From positions 110,980,001 to 111,044,000 of the forward strand of contig OZ024743.1 of NCBI GenBank assembly GCA_964016885.1: a stretch of 64,000 bases of DNA, read 5' to 3'. Every line of letters begins with the position of its first letter. The stretch's first letter is position 1. The position numbers and the translations under genes are program-made. The stretch comes from Eledone cirrhosa. Lineage: Eukaryota. Of this stretch, positions 58,617-64,000 are shown piece after piece. Below the pieces are notes generated by a model. It made no database searches, was not told the origin of the DNA, and saw nothing but the letters and a program-made list of their open reading frames with translations.

Positions 58617-59942
58617 ATCAAAATAAGGACCCGAAGGCATGGTATAAATTTCCAATCATTTTAATCACGACACATGTTTCAATATGAGATAGATCGATCG
58701 TGTAGCCATGATCGATTATCACTGAACTCGTCAGGTGAAAATGAATTGTGTTCAATTCCTTGATATGAGGGAGAAAATTAACGGTGTTCACTCACAGAGT
58801 TTAGTCCCTCATATGAAGATCAAACAGTCAAATCACGCCGACTGCTATCGTCCTCAGTTAGGGTAACAAACTATCAAGTCTCTATCTCCCAATAGCTGTA
58901 AAAGACGCGGGATATCAATCAAATCTGTAGAATTACAGTCGGTCACAGTCAATGTGAGTGGGTACACACTCACTCACACACACACGACGCGTGGTCAATG
59001 AAAAAAAAATATATATACATATACCAACATAGTATAACTCTGTAGAACTAAATACGGTCTCAGTTAGTATGAGTACAACCACACTCACATACACCGTCAC
59101 GAAAGAAAAAATATAAATATACCAACTTAGTATTGAACGAAAGTTAGTTTACAAAACAACAAATGTTATATTGGTCAAATCACAATTTGAGGATGTAAAT
59201 CGGAAACATTTGGTCAACCGCAACCCTATACACACGCAAGTAAGTTCAGTTAAATGTTCTGCTATACTTGTATAGATTGAATTGTAACATCCGTATCTCC
59301 AAATAGTGTATGTTATGGTACATACACATCCGCATCGTCCAAAAAAGTGTGTTTAGGTATATACATATCCATGTGAAGAGCAAGTAGTCACCTCATATCG
59401 AACTCAGTATGTGCCGTTGTCGCATTGTGAATCTGACTCCCCAAATATGTGCGTGCAAGCAAGCGCTATGTAGGCCACCAAGGGGCCAACCCTACACACA
59501 GCGTCTATAGTTCTCCAGAGTTGATGCTATGTTGGTATATGTATATATATTGTTTTTCTTTGACCTCGCGTAGTGTGTGTGTGAGTGAGTGTGTACCTAC
59601 TCACATTAACTGTGACCGACTGTAATTCTACAGATTTGATTGATGTCCAGCGTCCTTTACATCTATTAGGAGATAGAGACTTGATAGTTTTATGACCCCA
59701 ACTGAGCACGATATCAGTCGCCGTGTTTTGACTGCTTGATTTTCATATGAGGGACTAAACTCTGTGAGTGAACACCGTTAATTTTCTCCCTCATATCAAG
59801 GATTTGAAAAAAATTCATTTTCACCTGTCGAGGTCAGTGATAATCGATCATGGCTACACGATCGATCTATCTCTTATTGAAATATGTCTCGTGATTAAAA
59901 TGATTGGGAATTTATACCATGCCTTTGGATCTTTATTTTGAT
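58617..59942. mobile_element. Family F: ~410-bp inverted arms (58617-59030 / 59525-59942) around a ~500-bp spacer
   Basis: Arms are diverged reverse complements; starts at (TA)n. Confidence 0.85.
58657..58743 (-). ncRNA. Type I hammerhead ribozyme with extended stem II (family F); partner 59816-59902 is mutated
   Basis: Minus strand: tcac-CTGACGA-gttcagtgata atcgatc atggctacac gatcgat ctatctcatatt-GAAA-catgtg-TC-gtga. Confidence 0.68.
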
Positions 59943-60069
59943 ACAAATACTCCGTTTTACATCATCTAGCTGTTCCCATAAATGGAATTGGAGATATACA
60001 AAAGCGTGGAGAAGTTGATATTGCTAACAAACATTTATTGGACCGTTTGACACAACCAATAATACAACT

Positions 60070-60128
<59 letters not shown>

Positions 60129-60132
<4 letters not shown>

Positions 60133-60885
60133 TGTATATATAATGTATTTTGCAATACACTTTATGCTTAATTAAAAGCATTTCGAAGACCGTCTGCTAT
60201 TGTTTTAGAGTAGTGACAAACTCACTTACTTTAATCTCAGCAAACAAGGGGAGATAAACCGACAAGGCCTTGTTTCGCATTTATTGATGCTTATCAAGGC
60301 TAACTACTCCCTCCTGTCTACTGAGATCACTGATGTTATATTCTTATAGAATTCTAGTAAATAATCAGGAACTGATTATACAGAGCGATTGCCGGTCAGG
60401 CAGAAATTAAAAATTAGAATTGGAGCTCTGAAATAGCAATATATATATGAATGTATATATATAATGTATTTTGCAATACACTTTATGCTTAATTAAAAGC
60501 ATTTTGAAGACCGTCTGCTATTGTTTTAGAGTAGTGACAAACTCACTTATTTTAATCTCAGCAAACAAGGGGAGATAAGCGGACAAGGCCTTGTTTCGCA
60601 TTTATTGATGCTTATCAAGGCTAACAACTCCCTCCTGTCTGCTGAGATCACTGATGTTATATTCTTAGACAGGTGGGAGTAGTTAGCCTTGATAAGCATC
60701 AATAAATGCGAAACAAGGCCTTGTCGGCTTATCTCCCCTTGTTTGCTGAGATTAAAGTAAGTGAGTTTGTCACTACTCTAAAACAATAGCATACTTTCTT
60801 GAAAATGCTTTTAATTAAGCATAAAGTGTATTGCAAAATACATTATATATACATTCATATATATATTGCTATTTCAGAGCTCCAA

Positions 60886-60891
<6 letters not shown>
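60129..60891. mobile_element. Family D hammerhead-bearing repeat: ~321-bp unit, partial direct copy, inverted copy, in (TA)n
   Basis: Motifs at 60249 and 60570 (321-bp spacing); inversion at ~60668. Confidence 0.88.
60675..60737 (+). ncRNA. Type I hammerhead ribozyme with U3-A8 core (family D); minus copies 60249-60311 and 60570-60632
   Basis: gggag tagtt agcc-TTGATAA-gcat caataa atgc-GAAA-caaggccttg-TC-ggct tat ctccc; predicted cleavage after C60725. Confidence 0.85.
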
Positions 60892-60966
<75 letters not shown>

Positions 60967-61217
60967 ATCTGTTATATATATATATATATGTACATTTATT
61001 TATTAATATAACAGATTAAAGTTTAAGCAAAGAATCGGTGCTTTCACCCTTAACGAGAGTTTCAGAAGATCCAGTTAAGGGTGAGAGCAGCGATTATTTG
61101 CTTAAACTTAAATCTGTTATTTTAATAAATACTTGCTCTAGGGTTCTTATATATTTGATATATATTTATCCTTATCGAGCACTCTTCCGATGTTATTCTT
61201 CACATCTATTATTATTA

Positions 61218-61352
<135 letters not shown>

Positions 61353-61424
61353 GAGGTTATATTTAATTTGTTGGGATACAAACAGAAAAATATTTTTGTA
61401 AAGCACTCAACAAATTATTGGAGT

Positions 61425-61690
61425 AAATATACAATATATTAACAAATGGAAACTATATTTATAAAACCATATTTATTTCATTATACATATTTGAAGGGCC
61501 ACCAGGAGATTCCAACTAGAATGGTTGCATGTTTTCATGGTATGTCAATATTTATTTATAAAACTAACCTATATTATATTTTATCTGATGAAAGCGCACT
61601 ATAGTTTGACTTGGTGGCCCTTGAAATATGTATAATGAAATAAATATGGTTCTATAAATATAGTTTCCATTAGTTAACATATTGTATATA
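61425..61690. mobile_element. Fold-back remnant homologous to the 3' end of the Penelope element at 22085-22185
   Basis: Shares aaatggaaactatatttat and attttatCTGATGA; inverted arms 61427-61504 / 61611-61690. Confidence 0.65.
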
Positions 61691-61706
61691 TATATATATA
61701 TATATG

Positions 61707-61818
<112 letters not shown>

Positions 61819-62754
61819 ATTGTATATATATATATATATATATATGTATTTCTACCCTAAATGAATCTGATCTCGAAAAATGCGCATTATGTCTGTCAGT
61901 ATATATTTTATTTCACTATAATATTATAAAGAGGCGGGATCCCGCCTACATTAAGCTATAAATTACTTCAAAATAGTGTAAGTTGTAATAAACCTGATAT
62001 TTTGAGAGCTTCGTACTACTCCTAAATCTATAAACAGGAAATCTCACCGGATGTTAGATGATACGTCTTGTAATTGTAATATTATTGGTAAGGCTTACCG
62101 CTGGTACTAATAGGTTTCATATACATTTTATTAATCATTACTTCGTTGGTGTGTATGCTGGAGGTATTTACAAATGGAGGTAATTTCGGAATATTAGTAT
62201 TAATCTTCTTACTAATATAGTTAGGAGAGTTGTAGAAGTAGATTCCTATATAATTAATTGCATCACCATACGAAATATACATGAGTTAACATAAATTCTG
62301 GTGGTAATTTCATTTTGGTGATTAAACACCTCATTTCAATTATTTATGTAAATCTACATTTATATAGTTACTCAATTATTGTATAAAATGCAACATATGG
62401 CAGTATTTAAATCTGTGTATTTAAATATCATGTTATGTATACATGTCTTTGGTTAGGTTTGAAGTGACGAGGCAGTTCAACATCCGTTAAATATAGGATT
62501 TGACTTTAAACGCAAGCAACATCAACAATCATAAGCACGTATCCATGAGTTTGTACATACACAGCCAGTCAAACGTTTATAATAATCCTCTAAAATTTCC
62601 CTAAAATCTACAAGCTTAAAAAGTGTAAGATACGCAAATTATCAGAGTTCTACTTAAGGCACTGTATCAGCAGTTTGCTTGAAAGGAAACGCCATTGAAT
62701 CGATCCTGGTACGTGTCTCGTATTTTTAATTGTCCATCCTAAAATAATTGATTT

Positions 62755-62922
62755 TACATTTGGCACAAGGCCAGCAAATACCCAGTACATTACTGGTACT
62801 TTATTTTATCGACCCTGTAAGGATGAAAGGCAAAGTTGAACTCGGCAGGATTTGAACTCAGAATGGAAAGGGCGGTAACTCTATGCGTCAAAGCATGGTA
62901 TATGACCCTCTACCGATACTGC
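62755..62922 (-). mobile_element. tRNA-derived SINE (family 1)
   Basis: Reverse complement of the 8669 SINE. Confidence 0.82.
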
Positions 62923-64000
62923 CACATTGATCGTCGGGTGAGTTGAACACAGACAACTGAAAAAAATTGTGTAACATATTTTATCCTACATCAAAACTAT
63001 TCTGCAAATCCAGCAATGTTTCTTTTTACCGGTAGTATGATTAGTAGTGGAGTAAGACTTTGTATCGTAGAAATCTCTCTTGGCTAACGCAGTGCTGCAG
63101 TAAGCTGCCGATCTGTCAAAAACAGCCTTATATAAAGAATGATTAGAAATCCTAGTTCTGATTCGGATATATAATCTCCCGCATTTTACAATATATATAT
63201 GTATGTGTGTGTATATATATATAATTCTTTATAAAATATGGTGTAGTTTCAGCGAGAAAACTCATAAACTAAACTATAATAAAAGAAGGTTTGCGGGATG
63301 CATACGGTTTATTTCTTTTAACCAGTTAGTAAAATAAGTTGAATTACTTTGAATGAATAAGGAAAGAATATTACCTACTTAATGTACTAAATGTCGTAAA
63401 CATAAATAATTTCATAAAAATAAATAATTTAAAATTGATTTCTTTTCAAAGTTGCACTTCCGTTATATCGTTGCCACCACCACCACTTCAACTAACATAT
63501 AGAAAGCGAGTATGTGTGATGAGAGAGTTTGAGAGATTATGATTTTCTACACGCTGCGCGTATGAGGGTGCACATACATACATCTATATGTATGAGTATA
63601 TAACTATAATTGTGCAAACACAAACATATAAAAATACACCCTCACGGACATAATTCACAGAAATACACATACATTCACACATACATTTACACAAACACAC
63701 ACATAGCAGCGTACAGTGAAATTGGAAATGGGGGGGGGGGGGGTAAAACAAGTATAACGTTTTATTTATTTATTAACTCTTTTTTTTAAAATCATTTAAT
63801 ATAATGTTTACAGAATCAAAACACAAACAAATATAATATATACAAAGGAAAGGGAAAGTATACAAATAAAGAGTAAAAATACACAAGCAGGTAATACACA
63901 CATCTTAGGCCACAGAACAATATGCAGGCGAAAGAGTAGTAAAAGAGCCGCTACCAGAGCAAAATATACCAATATAACAAGGAGCACTGGGACACCTATC

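Noticed and set aside
58617-59942. DNA transposon/MITE with long TIRs
   Set aside because: No clear TSD; the arms carry a hammerhead and match the inversion pattern of the retro-families
62082-62282. 66-aa ORF as a Penelope thumb remnant
   Set aside because: Similarity too weak to support a call

Overview
AT-rich, microsatellite-dense eukaryotic DNA made almost entirely of transposable-element debris. The SINE types and (TA)n/(GA)n density suggest a cephalopod such as octopus (inference). No complete host gene is visible, only two candidate exons. Recognisable elements: decayed Tx1/L1-like LINEs (1-4930, ~11950-12650); two Penelope-like (RT + GIY-YIG) elements with inverted duplications (22080-24260, 31335-36241); an RTE-like LINE with a twin-priming-type inversion; R4/Dong-like LINE remnants; two head-to-tail Helitrons; and seven tRNA-derived SINEs. 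The main signal is non-coding. At least five different short repeat families, inserted into (TA)n as tandem and/or inverted copies (320-590 bp units where tandem), each carry a type I hammerhead ribozyme motif with a palindromic stem III. Two families have a compensatory U3-A8 core and several have very long stem II inserts. The Penelope 3' end carries the same kind of motif. This looks like a diversified set of Penelope-mobilised, retrozyme-like elements that could yield small circular RNAs. All motifs were read by eye; activity is untested.
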